Under the pieces are notes generated by a model. That model saw only the letters and a program-made list of their open reading frames with translations, had not been told where the DNA came from and did not search any database. The position numbers were made by a program, and so were the translations under genes. From Albugo candida (Eukaryota), in contig JBDOQK010000031.1 of NCBI GenBank assembly GCA_040437565.1, forward strand, positions 186,001-250,000: a stretch of DNA of 64,000 nt, in the 5' to 3' direction. Every line of letters starts with the position of its first letter. Position 1 is the first letter of the stretch. Of the stretch, positions 35,731-48,066 are shown piece after piece.

Positions 35731-37781
35731 CTATTCTAGCGCTCCTTTCCCCTCTTGCTCATCCAAGAACGTCTTGAAAGATTTGATGAAAGCAGAAAAG
35801 CGCTTGCTGAAGTCGGCTGCTTGTCGAGTGAGATTTTCTTCAACTTTGATGACTTTGGTCTCTAGTTGTTCAACTACCAGATTTTTGGTTTGGATTTCTA
35901 TGCTCAAAGCATCAATTTCTCCCTTGCAAAGTTTGCCTTGTTCCTACCAGTTAAAATTGTTACATACCGCGTCAATCAGATACGTCTGTTACCTCCAGCT
36001 GCTGCTCAAATTTGGCTTTCATGCGGTTGGCAACCCCGTCCATGTGTTGGATTTGTCGGAGTTGAGCTTGTATCTTTAATTCGAGACTTTTGCATTCTTG
36101 TCTTACAGTGTCTTCTTGCTCCTTGTGCTTTTGGAGACGTGACTCTAACTCTGCAATGTTTTCTCGATGAGTTTGTCGCTGCTGCGCATTGTCTCCTTCC
36201 TTTTGCGCAATCTGGTCTAGAAGTCTTGCCGTGGTATCAATTTGTTTTGCGAGCTCACACTCCAGCTGTTCTCGAGCTTTTTTTGCTTCCTGAAGTTTCT
36301 CATCGATCGACCCGACTGCACGCTGCATTCGCATTTGCAGTTCAGCCTCAATGGTTACTCGAACAGAAGCAAGGTCCTTTTCGTAAGTGGCTCGCAAGAG
36401 CATGATATTCGCTTGTAAGTCTTCTGTTTTCTGTCGACTGGCGTCAGCTGACCGTCTCCGATCCTCGAGTTCTTCTTGACAGCTTCGAAGCTGACTTTGT
36501 AGCATTGAGACTTCGTTTTGATGCATTCGTTCCTGTGCTGAGACCTTTTCCTGATGTGAGACGATGAGAGACGACATTTTTCCTTCTAGCTCCTTTTTCG
36601 TGACCTGAAGCTCGTCTCTATGCTTTTTTGTTTCCGCGTCTTTCATACTTGGCATTCTATCAGTAAGCAAATTTCAATTCTGCAGGGCGCATGGCACGCT
36701 ACCTTATCTTTTGCTGTAAAGTGTGCACCTCGGTTGAAAGTTTTAAATTGTCCGCTTGAACGGCGGAACAATGTGTGTTTTTGATGTCCAGTTCTGACGT
36801 CTGTGCTGCGTACTTCCGAAACGATTCCGAGCGTAATGCTTCCAGTTCTCGTTCAAGAGTTGATTTTGTTACTTGATGTCTTTCTTCGGAGAGTTTCGTA
36901 CGATTCTCGAGTTCATCAAAGTGTAGTCTCGACTCATGCAGCTCCTGTTTGAGACTCAATTCTCGCCTCTTCCAATCTTCGACGTCTTGTTTCGCGCCTT
37001 CAAGTTTTCGATTTGCAGATACTACTTTACTCTCCAAGGCTGCAATTCGATCATCTTGAGAAATGACCTGCTTTCGTAATGATTGCAATTCCTCAAAAAG
37101 TTTATCTTTCTCGGCTAAGACTTGCAAAACAAGTTCATCACCCCCTTCATCCTTCGATAGCTTCGCTGAGGATGATGGGAATCCTCCAATGTCAGTGGCT
37201 TCACAATGGAGCTCCCTTGTAGCCTTCCGGTTTCGTTGGATCAAGTTGTCGATGTCTGCAAGGTGACGCACATTACAATTATTCCCCAGCAATTCGAGTT
37301 GTATCAAAGTGTGATTTTCGTCTCTTATTGTATCTTTGAAAGCTACGGCACCAGCATTGCCCACATCATTCCATCGTAAATCTAATGATCGGAGAGATTT
37401 ATTGCACACAAGAGCTTGAGCAAGCGCTGTAGCTCCATCGCTTGTAATGTTGTTGTTCCGCAAATCCAGTTTCACCAGATTTGTGTCAATTTCCAAGGCT
37501 TTTGCGATGGCGAACACTCCCTCATCGAGAATACCAACATTATTCCATTCTAAAGAGATCGCTACAATGTGATGTTTCTTTGGAAACCTGAGTAGTTTTG
37601 TTGCTAAAATCTTGGCACCTACTGCTTCGATTCTATTGCCCCGCATATCAAGGAATGATGGCTGCGTAGTAGAGAGCGCATGCGTTACAATTTCATGGCA
37701 CTTTGAGTCTCCCCAGTATCCATTGCTATAATTCAAAATGTTTGATGGAAGTTCGAGTTGGTCGAGAATACTTTGTCCCAT
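35731..37781 (-). CDS. LRRC45: LRRC45-like LRR + coiled-coil centrosomal/basal-body protein (introns 36657-36702 and 35944-35992)
   Basis: RI-type LRRs LDMRGNRI, ISLEWNNVG, LDLRNNNI, LDLRWNDVG in the LRRC45 pattern, then a long coiled coil. Introns keep the frame to TAG at 35731. Confidence 0.78.
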
Positions 37782-38088
37782 TCTAGGAGCCTTCCTGTGA
37801 CGGAACGATGAGGCGCCTTCTATGAGACTTTTATAGACGATCTTAAACGTGACTATAATGCTATAGTCAATTTCACGCAGAATCAACACTTTTTGCAATC
37901 ATCAAATCACTTTACTTCGCGTTTACANNNNNNNNNNNNNNNNNNNNNNNNNNNNNNNNNNNNNNNNNNNNNNNNNNNNNNNNNNNNNNNNNNNNNNNNN
38001 NNNNNNNNNNNNNNNNNNNNNNNNNNNTATAGTCAATTTCACGCAGAATCAACACTTTTTGCAATCATCAAATCACTTTACTTCGCGT

Positions 38089-40277
38089 TTACACCCGACG
38101 ATAAACAACCATCTGCGCCATATTTTCCCGATCCTCTGCGTCACCGCTGAAATGGCTGTGAAAGAAGGAAGCGTTCTAAGAAAGTATTGGCATCAGGTGA
38201 AGCATACAAAAAAGAGATCGGAAGATCACACCCTGTGGAATCCTTGATCCTTCAGTAGCTGCCCAACCATGACTTCATGTGCACTGAAGAATATTGCATA
38301 ATTCGGCCAGCTCTTGAATTTCTCTAAAGAATTTGTCCGATCAGCATCGTCTTGAAAAAAATACATTTTTTTCAGAAAGCCCGTAATGTTGCGCTGTAAT
38401 TGATCTGACTGTGAACCCTCTGGTCGCTCTCGATTCCTACACATAACGTGATACATTGCTTGCTAAAAGGGCAACTGGGAAGCATAAGCTGGTGAACAGT
38501 CCGGAAACCACATTGTAATGTTTTGGTGGACAACGCTGTAGTATGGGGTCGCATGACATGGCGTCCAGAAATGAACAACCATATCCGGAGTTTCTACGAT
38601 CATGTCCTTTAAGCTTCTTTTTTGATAAGGATGGATATATGCTTTCACCTTGAGCGATTGCGGCAACATGGTCCATAATGTCCATAGGAGCTCGCTATAA
38701 AGGAAATTCTTGCTAGGATGCAGGGTACTTGAAAATTAAGATGGGTGCGTCTTGCCTGATGCCAACGACTGAGGTAGACCATTGCAATGATGTTGGGGAC
38801 TAGTATTACGAGGAGACTAGCATTGAGAATCACTCGTTTCGATGAGCTTTCATCGGCATTTTGGCATTTTTGGTAAAGCTGTTGTAAGCAATAACCAGCA
38901 TATCCCAAAGAAGCGGGCAAAACCGGTAGGATGAATCGAAACTCTAAGGCCAAGTCAGTCATTACAGGCAATCGGTCCGATATTTGATACCTTTATGTGA
39001 CGATCCGCTGTAAATGATCATCGTCCACAAAATCAAATGACCAATTTCTTTCTTACTTGCCTGCCAAAAGATGTTATGTGGAAAGACCGGTGAGATTTTG
39101 CACATACTGGAGCACACAAATAGCCATAAAACATGAACGGTATAAAGGTCGTTGAAATCGTAGGAAAGCCTTGGATGAAATACCAACTCCAGGCATGTGT
39201 ACCATAAAGATGATCCTTTCCCTGAATTTCTCAACCGAAATGCAATGGTCAATGTATATATCAAATGAGTTTTTTTTGCCAAACCTGCAAGAGATTGAAT
39301 AGGACGAAATTGTAGGGCACAAAAGTCCATTTCTTGTAATAAAGATAGTCGATGATAATCATTATAGATGTAGTGAGGACACCTATTGGCAGTACGTTGA
39401 AAGTAATGAACTCAAAACGACTTCTGACAGCGAGCCAGTGCTTGCAGCCGAGAAAGACCCACAAAACAGCGTTGGTTGGACGGAAAAGGACTCCAATAGC
39501 TGCATAACATAATGCTTTGAAGCGATCTGATTCCCAATTTGCATTTGCCAGCACTGAATCGTCGTCTTTTTTGTGTTCTTCCTATTGAACAACAAACATC
39601 AGTACTTTAGTCCGAAATCTTGACGAGCTAGTGTTATAGCTACCATTAGGAAATTCCATGGCCAATAACTCAGCGCCATCATCGTAAATAATGTCTCCAT
39701 ACAGTTGGAGTACGTTCGAACAAGAGTATAAAAGGTGAACCAGCAGCTCAAGTGGCAAAAAAGTATCCATTTTGCTGTCGTTTGATCAAAGTATCTGCAC
39801 CCGAACCGATAGACAAAGTAGTCGGTAGTTGCTGCGACCATTCCCTGCAAATACAATGAGTGCAGCCTGAAACATTGGCAGCTTGTATACCTGCAATAAG
39901 CGAGGTCCATACGCAACTACCCACCGCGAATCGAGGTTCTGCCATCAAGACAGTCAATAGCTCGCAATCTGCAGTTGAGGGCTACTCACCATCAGCTGAA
40001 TGATCTTATAGAATATCACAAATACTAGAGGATGGGCATAGCCCCGAATCATTGCATCCTCTTTCCACTCCCAAGTCCTTCGCACAAATCAAGTATGATT
40101 CTACTGGCAGTGATGAGTGCACGTCACGTACATATGACCATAGCCGAATACAACGTTGTGTGCTATTTCTGTGCTCTGCCAGTATTCGTCTGGATTAAAG
40201 TAAGTGCGAACGAATAGAGCATTCCAGATGCGGAAAATGAGAATGCAGGAACAGCTCAGCCAAAATGAATTCGACAT
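38089..40277 (-). CDS. PIGB: GPI mannosyltransferase 3 (PIG-B/GPI10), multi-exon
   Basis: RTYFNPDEYWQSTEIAHNVVFGYG, RTYSNCMET, RPTNAVLW, SHK/EFRFILP, PCHATPYYS, FPDCSP and terminal FFHSHF, spread across short exons. Confidence 0.9.
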
Positions 40278-43265
40278 TTAGCGCTTATGTTCGCTTCCTT
40301 GCCAAGCGGACATAAAAAGTTGAAATTGATCGCAATCTATACTGATATATGTCCGAGATGGACGAGTAGCTGAACTCTATCAGCAACCCAAATGTACATC
40401 TTAAGGCATGGAGGAAAGGAGTGCGGGACATATAGAACCAAATGAAAGAACAGGCCGAAGCTATCATTGGATAATCAGCAACGATGTCAGTTTATGACCT
40501 AGCCAGATGCTGTCAATTATATGATCATAGCATACGTAATGATGCTTCTATTGCTAAACTTCACTTCAATATCAATTGTATTTGGTATCTGATCTTGCAA
40601 CAGTCTTTTATTTATGGAATTGGAAGGAACGAATGTCGAAGTGGTAATTTAGTACGCGATCGTTCTCTTAACACACACAAAGATATTTGATAAGATCAAT
40701 GGAGTCAGTTGGTTGCGAAGAATCGATAGCTACCCCTTAGAAGTCTGTGGAGATAGAATGATCGATCAAGCAATAAAGTTGAGAGCTTCTATCCTCTGTT
40801 GTCAACCAGTAAACCTTGAATCAGAATATTGAGGTTAACCATTGCTCCATTTAAAGAAAAATGAATTTCTGAATGCACGGTCGATACCGGCGAAAATAAA
40901 GGATCTGTGAGTGCCGGTATCAAGATTCCCTTTCGCGTCTCATCGAGTGGGTAAAATCAAAAGGGGCTAATCATGTTCCAAGCGGTGTGGATCACCAGCG
41001 CTATCACTGCTAAGGTCGCGCTTGCCTTTTCAAAAAAATACTGGGAGAGCCAGGATGTGAGCTCTCCGGCAGGTCGCCAGGACATCATATTTCAAGCAGG
41101 CTACATCATTGCTTACAACGGCGGGGTAGACCAATATCTTAATTCGGCCCCAGCTGTGAGAACATTGAAGGCGATGGTGCGTCGCCGATCTTCATCCTGC
41201 CGTTTGTGATTGTCAATCTTGACATGCTCGTTTTCTATCTCACTCACAACTCTGAGATCCGCTTACATGAAATGTACTCCGTTTGTTGCGTGGCTGCCTT
41301 TCTCTAGCAAATTGAGAATCAGTGTCTACTTCTCCTGTTAAGCGGCATTCTGTTGGAAGAGGTCTTTGTATATTGGGCACTTTTCTTTTCTTTCACATAA
41401 TGCGTGTACACGAATGCCCTCATTTCGTGATTTAGAAAACTTCTCGACCAATTCTTGAGAATCTTTGGTTCGCATTGGTCGCGGCTGCAGTTTATTTTAT
41501 CTGGAAGAGCGGAACCGTTGCGTTTCGACCAAGGCAGCACGACATCGAGTGCTCCAGCTATTTCGGTGATTTATAGCTCATTCAGCGGCCATGTTCAAAT
41601 TTGCAACAAAAGGACTATGATCTCGAGCACCTTGAAAAGATGGAGCAGACATCAAAATCCAGCTCAAGGTTGTACTTTAGCACGAAGAAATATCTCTGCT
41701 TATCCCAGAATACTTCATTTCCGACGATGGTAAGTTTATTTTGAGTAACCTGTCTCATCAGTGCTACTTATTTTCGATCCGTTCAGCTTGGATTTAGGTA
41801 ATTCTTTTCGATTGCCCTTGCATGTTGGTTATAGTCATAAACGTCCAATTCCGATAATACAAACAAGTTTCACTGGATACTACCATTTGTTTACTTTCAG
41901 AATCTACTTATGAAAATTACGTCAAGCCTTCTATGACAATCCGTTCTCTGTCCATATCCCAAGAAAATGTCATGTTATCGGTAGAAGTTGAGTACTGTCG
42001 AAAGGGATGCTAGTGCTTACGCGTGGGTGATTTGATATTTACATCTCTTATCCATGCGTTATAAAAATATGGTACAGCAATTGCTTGTAAATAGAGGTAT
42101 TAGCCGAGAAGTCTAACTGAGCATGATTGTTTGAAAGATCATGTCGCACGAAAGCAAGGCTTCTGCACGCTCTCTAGTCAAGCTCGATGGATATAAAAGT
42201 GTAGACAAAACTTTTCAAAGCAAGCAATTGCACGCATAAAAGTAGTGGAATATCTGAACCAGTACGGCGACTGCTCCTAGCTCATGTATTACCCGCGCTT
42301 TTCTCGGGACTATGACAAAATACACACGATTGGATTGCCAGGGACTATTTCACTAGTGTGTAGGCTCAAGAGATAAACGCAACCATATATTTCCACGCGC
42401 TGATCCTAATCTTCGTTCAGCGGGCAATGGACAAATTCTGTCTAGCTTTAATGAAGATGTGTATCGCTTCGATTCACAGAACATAAGACACGACGACGAA
42501 CCCAAATACCGCAATTTTTAGTGCGGTTAAGGTCCATTTTTAGCTATAGAAGAAATATATCAGAGCTACATTTAGTATATTTCTTCGAGTGAACGAGATC
42601 AAGCAGCTCAAGTACCTAGACTTGACACGTCATCTAATCAATTTTCACTCGACCGTTACGTTCCAGACACGGTATAGAAAAAGTGAATACGATCGACGAA
42701 GTTTGCTTGCAATTGTCTTCCACACGAACTATCTCCTTATACTGCTGCACTAACCACCGGCATGTTAGTCTGATTGTGAGCTAAATTGAAAATTACCTTG
42801 TTAGCGCTTCAACAATTCGACATAGTATCGCGTAGTGCAAAAAGTAGTGCGCTATTTCGCAAAGCTTCTCCACACCGTTTCACCTGGTCGTCAGCTGTAT
42901 TTTAAGCTAATGACCGACAATAGCTACATTATTCTGTCTATTTCAAGTAATCACAATATTGATACCCTGAATGAAATTTTTGCTTATCCATTGCAAGTCA
43001 TGCATAAAACAACACAATCCACCAAGCTGAGGCCGAATTGGAATATGATACGGTAATAATTTAAACTTCGCTATTATACCATTCCAACGAATACTTTACA
43101 CGTCGAGCGAGGTCTTCGATAACGAGATGATAGGTCATCATCCTCGGGTCAGCCACAAGGCAAGTAACTCTACCGTATTGTGATAAGTTGCGAGTCAAAT
43201 TAGGGCAGAGCGTTTCCTTAACGAAAACATCATTTGAAGTATCTATTGATAAGATTTTGTGAAAT

Positions 43266-45274
43266 TTATTGGGAATGACATAATGGTTTGAAGCCACCAA
43301 ACCCATTCCGATAAAAATTGTGCAGACCAAGAACGCCCAAGCACAAACCACTCGTACCAATCACGCCGGCGAGCATGAAAATCACAAAGGCAGTCTTCCG
43401 GTATTTTCGGATCATGAATGCGACGCCGAATTGCCCCATGATGCCAGCGAGAAATCCAATCGAGCCATACTGTAATGCTTGTGTCCAATCAAGACTTCCC
43501 AGGATGATATACTATCATAAAATGCAGGGTGAGATGCTACGCTCAGGCAAAATGTCACTGCAGGTGTAACCTGAATAACTGTGGCCGAAGATGTGAAAAA
43601 AATCATGGTAGATGACGTCGCTGATGCAACCTGTGGAAGACATCCAATCTCTAGGAGTAATGGCCCTTTCACCATTCCTCCACCGATGCCTACATTTTTG
43701 TCTCAGACAAGGAGCAGCCGCACTGGCTATATCACTAACCTAGCATTCCAGCGGCGACACCAGCAAGTGTGCAGAGACCCGGATACCGCACTACGCTGTG
43801 TCTATCCCACCGTATCTCACCTTGCGCGTAGCGGTATCTACACAGCGTATATGAGCGTGACTACGTGCTGGAAGTGATGAATTTCAGACCCGCAAGACTC
43901 CAGAAAGACACGTTGCTTTAGAATTCTTTGGGCAAAGTATGCTGTGACGCCGCAGAAAAAGAGAGGCATGGATATAATGGTTCCCCAGTATGAATAGCTG
44001 CGTAGATGCATAAGCACATCTCAAAGGTGTCATGTGAATAACTCACAAACCTTCCGCATTCAATTCCCACGACACTCGATGCTCCATGCCCTCCTTTCAC
44101 CAAAGAGACGAATATCAGACTCAGCCAAGTGAGTGATAAAACTCCCACATCGCACAAAAGATTTCTTTGAGCTGTATGAATATTTCGTCCGATCGGGGTA
44201 CTATCTATATTTTGTTTGCACGCTGACCCACGATACGAAAAGTGAGCTGAATGGCGTAAGAGACTGGGTTGAATCGTCTCACATTTATCCGGCAGTAATT
44301 GATCTTGACAGTCATCTGAAGTGAATTGATGAGCACTCTGTGTCTGCAGTTGAATCTTGATTACGAGAGGCATCATGGAGTAAGTAATCGCCTACATACC
44401 TGGATATCTTTGCTCGATGCTTTGTTTGCTTTCAACGTTGGCGCTTTCCACTTCAAATATACAAAAGCCATGATCTGAAAATGTGCAGTTTTTTTTCGAA
44501 GTGGAAGCAGCTGCCAGTATTTGATGACGTTTCTAACTGTATCCGTCTCCTTTTGTGATTCCTGATGCAGAATATTGTATGCTTTCTTCAACATTCGAGT
44601 ACTTGTTGTATACAGCAGCCATACAAGTAGAATTTGTACCATATAATCAGGAAGAATCTGTAAAAAGCGGTCAACAAAACAATCAAATGATGCCACTTAT
44701 ACGCTTACCGTGATCATAGTGACACCAATCACAGTTCCAGCGAGCGTCATTGGTTCCATCAGTAGCACGGCATCGAAATCAATGAGCCTGCGGCTTGCCA
44801 CATGCGGATGTCTCCTTCTCAGATTTAGAATTAAACTGGAGATAGAAGCCCCGAATATTACTGCCTAGAAATTCCATGACTGAAATCACATATCCAGCCT
44901 TCAATGACTTTACAAACTTTAGAGAGTGGAATGGCTTCTTGTGGAGATAAATGTAGCGTGAGGATATATAGCGGGACTAGAAGTCCTCCACCTCCCAATC
45001 CACATCCAGATGCAAGTGCGGCTGACGCAAAGGTACCAATGACTCCAAGGATTCTCTTGACCGGGTGTATACTATTGGCCACACACTGCTTGTTGATGCA
45101 TATCCAATCGGTGTCATCACAATCACTAGTTCGAATGCATGCAATCGGCTTTAGTGGTGCATTATAAGATTTGTTTAAAGCCCTGGCCACAGCATCTGAT
45201 CGGACATATTTCTCAGTATCAGCCTTTGCAATAAGAACACTTTCGATCAGCGAATAGATATGAAGGATGCGCAT
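43266..45274 (-). CDS. Sulfite exporter TauE/SafE (TSUP) family membrane protein, multi-exon
   Basis: GCGLGGGGLLVPLY..LSPQEAIPLSK, RRHP...LIDFDAVLLMEPMTLAGTVIG and GIGGGMVKGPLLLEIG..PQVASATSSTMIFFTSS. Confidence 0.9.
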
Positions 45275-45380
45275 TAAAAAGATTCGTCAATACGTTCGTT
45301 TAACTTGATTGGCATCACTGTCACAATTAATTTTTCGAAGGTAACGCTACAATAAATACTTGAAAGTGAACTTTATAATC

Positions 45381-47836
45381 TTATAATCGAATTCCTGTTT
45401 GCTCTTGAATTCCCAAAGCTACGTTGATGTTTTGGATTGCTTGCGTTGCTGCGCCTTTCAACAGATTATCAATCGTCACGACAGTCACCAGTCTTTTTGT
45501 GTTTTCATCAAGCTGAAATCCTCCAATGATTGCATGATGCTTTTGCGCATTATCGCGAACAAGTGGAATTTCCGGCACGACTTGTACCAATGGCTCTTCC
45601 GCGTAAAACTGCTGAAAAAAGGAGCACACATCCTGTGCGCTCTTGAAAGAAGAGCTATCTTTTAGATGTGTTGATATAGTCAGATGAATTCCTTGAAAGA
45701 AAGGAGCAACGTGTGGCATGAAACACACGCGCGTGCCTAACTGATGCGATATTTCTTGTTCGTGAATATGATTGACCGACTTGTAGGCCATTACGTTATC
45801 TTGCAACACCGCTGGATTGTTCGCCTTGAGCAGACCCGTTCCAGCACCGCTATAGCCTGAAATTCCGAAAATGTGAGGCGGGATGCTCAGATCGATTAGC
45901 GCATCCCCATTGCTCTTTTGTGAGCCTAGAAGTGGCAGCAATCCGAGTTGAGACCCAGTTGCATAGCAGCCTGGATTCGCGATGTGTGTCGCATTCGCCA
46001 GCAAATCACGCTTCTTTGGGCTTTCGGGAAGGCCATACACCCATTTCGGATTAAATCGCTGGTCGGCACTGAGATCCACAATGACTTTCTTACTCTCGAT
46101 CTTATCTAGCACGGAAGCATACTGTTCGCAATGTCCATTTGGAAGTGCCAAAATCCAAACATCTACGCTTTTTGCATATGGAGAAGTGGCAATATTATCA
46201 AGATCGAGCGTGCAAAAACGTAGGTCATGCGAAATGTTGAGCTGCTCGTTGCTGAATGGTGAATAAATGGCTGGTTCATTTGTATGTGGGTTCAATGGCG
46301 GAGATGTGGCGATATCAATTACTTTTTGGTGGTTTAGTGCTCGAGAACTAGCACAAACTAATTCCAGCTGTGAATGCCTTCCGATCAGTCGAATAATTTC
46401 CCGTCCAACGTAACCTCGTGCTCCCAGCAGACCTACACGAAACTTTTTCAGATGTGTGTGTGCTTCAGCGGTTTGGTCTTTTTCGTTTCGAGAAGTTTGG
46501 TCTCCACGAATGCAAACCGTACCCGTGCTGCAGCTGCTCAGTATTTCACGAGACAGATCCTTTGCGGATGTTAAAGCAACTGAAGACGTCAAAGGGAGTG
46601 CTTGCAACAACGTATTGATCTCATTCAATTTCAGTAAGGTTCCTTGTCGTCCAGTATAATCGCGTGATGCAAGTTTGGCGTAATCCCGACACATCACAAT
46701 CTCTTTCAATTTCGTTCCATCTTCTTCAATCCAACCGCCTTTGGAACTAACGAAAATGGTTTTAAGCGGCTGAAGCTTCATTGCGAGCTCACGTGCAGCA
46801 ATATCAGCATTGATATTCAGCGTCTGCCCGTCGATACTTTCTCCCAGACACGATAATACCGGAATCTGACTACAATTGATTGCTGATGTGATACTCTCCT
46901 CCCACACTCGTTGTACGTCTCCAACCAGTCCATACACATCCAAGTTTTTAAGCTTCGCCTCGAAGACGCCATTGGTGATGGNNNNNNNNNNNNNNNNNNN
47001 NNNNNNNNNNNNNNNNNNNNNNNNNNNNNNNNNNNNNNNNNNNNNNNNNNNNNNNNNNNNNNNNNNNNNNNNNNNNNNNNNTTGGAACTAACGAAAATGG
47101 TTTTAAGCGGCTGAAGCTTCATTGCGAGCTCACGTGCAGCAATATCAGCATTGATATTCAGCGTCTGCCCGTCGATACTTTCTCCCAGACACGATAATAC
47201 CGGAATCTGACTACAATTGATTGCTGATGTGATACTCTCCTCCCACACTCGTTGTACGTCTCCAACCAGTCCATACACATCCAAGTTTTTAAGCTTCGCC
47301 TCGAAGACGCCATTGGTGATGGGTCTTGCGTTGCCTCCAGCGTTCACTATGGCATCCACAAGCGTTGTATTCACTTGAAAGAAGACTTTCTTGGCGATTT
47401 GTAGAGTCTCTACGTCCGTGACCCGGCTTCCGTCAACATATTTTGGTTCCACTTTTGATTTCGCCAATAGCTCATTCATTTGCGGACCAGCTCCATGCAC
47501 GACAACAGGCATCAAACCGGCATCTTGCAAAAACAGCAGCGATTTTACCAGCACGTCTAGTTCATGCTCAATAATATCACCTCCAATCTTGATTACCGCT
47601 GTGCGGATACTTCCTGGTCGTCCATATATTTCCAAATACTCCTGAATATCGCGTTTTGACGAGACAAATTGCATCAATTCTTGTGTGATATTTCTAGACT
47701 TTGCATGCGTTGTCATGGATGAAGCAAGCCTTACATGGCGACTAGGAAAGCAGGGTGATGAGCCCGCGAATAATGTTTGAGACCTCGGGAGCCAGGACGC
47801 ACTGATGCAAGGTCGTAGCCGTAGATATGGTCGCAT
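45381..47836 (-). CDS. ARG5,6: Bifunctional acetylglutamate kinase / N-acetyl-gamma-glutamyl-phosphate reductase, mitochondrial precursor (about 704 aa after collapsing 46741-46981 = 47082-47322)
   Basis: Kinase motifs AVIKIGG, VVVHGAGPQ, RVTD, LNINADIAA. Reductase motifs VGLLGARGYVG, IVDLSADQRF, IANPGCYATG, SGYSGAG, DNLLKGAATQA. Arg/Ser-rich presequence. Confidence 0.93.
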
Positions 47837-48066
47837 ATTCAGCGCTTGACAAAATTGTCAAAACCTCTAGAATATAATATAAGAGTACATTTCAGGAGGG
47901 CAGTCTGAACCAGTCATTTAGCGTTCTATGTTTATTCCCTTTGACACGTACATACATTGAACTCTATCTTCCTATACGTTGCCCGAATTCATGTAAAGAC
48001 AGCAGAACCAACCATTCCTCCACAGTTTTTAATCAGCGCATTGTTGTCCGTTATTGTCACTCCAAG
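47837..48066. promoter_or_regulatory. Putative bidirectional promoter (230 bp)
   Basis: Short interval between the divergent start codons of NAGK-NAGPR and CPS; inferred from geometry only. Confidence 0.5.

Noticed and set aside
40300-43050. Possible degenerate DNA transposon
   Set aside because: No terminal inverted repeats or convincing DDE motif found.
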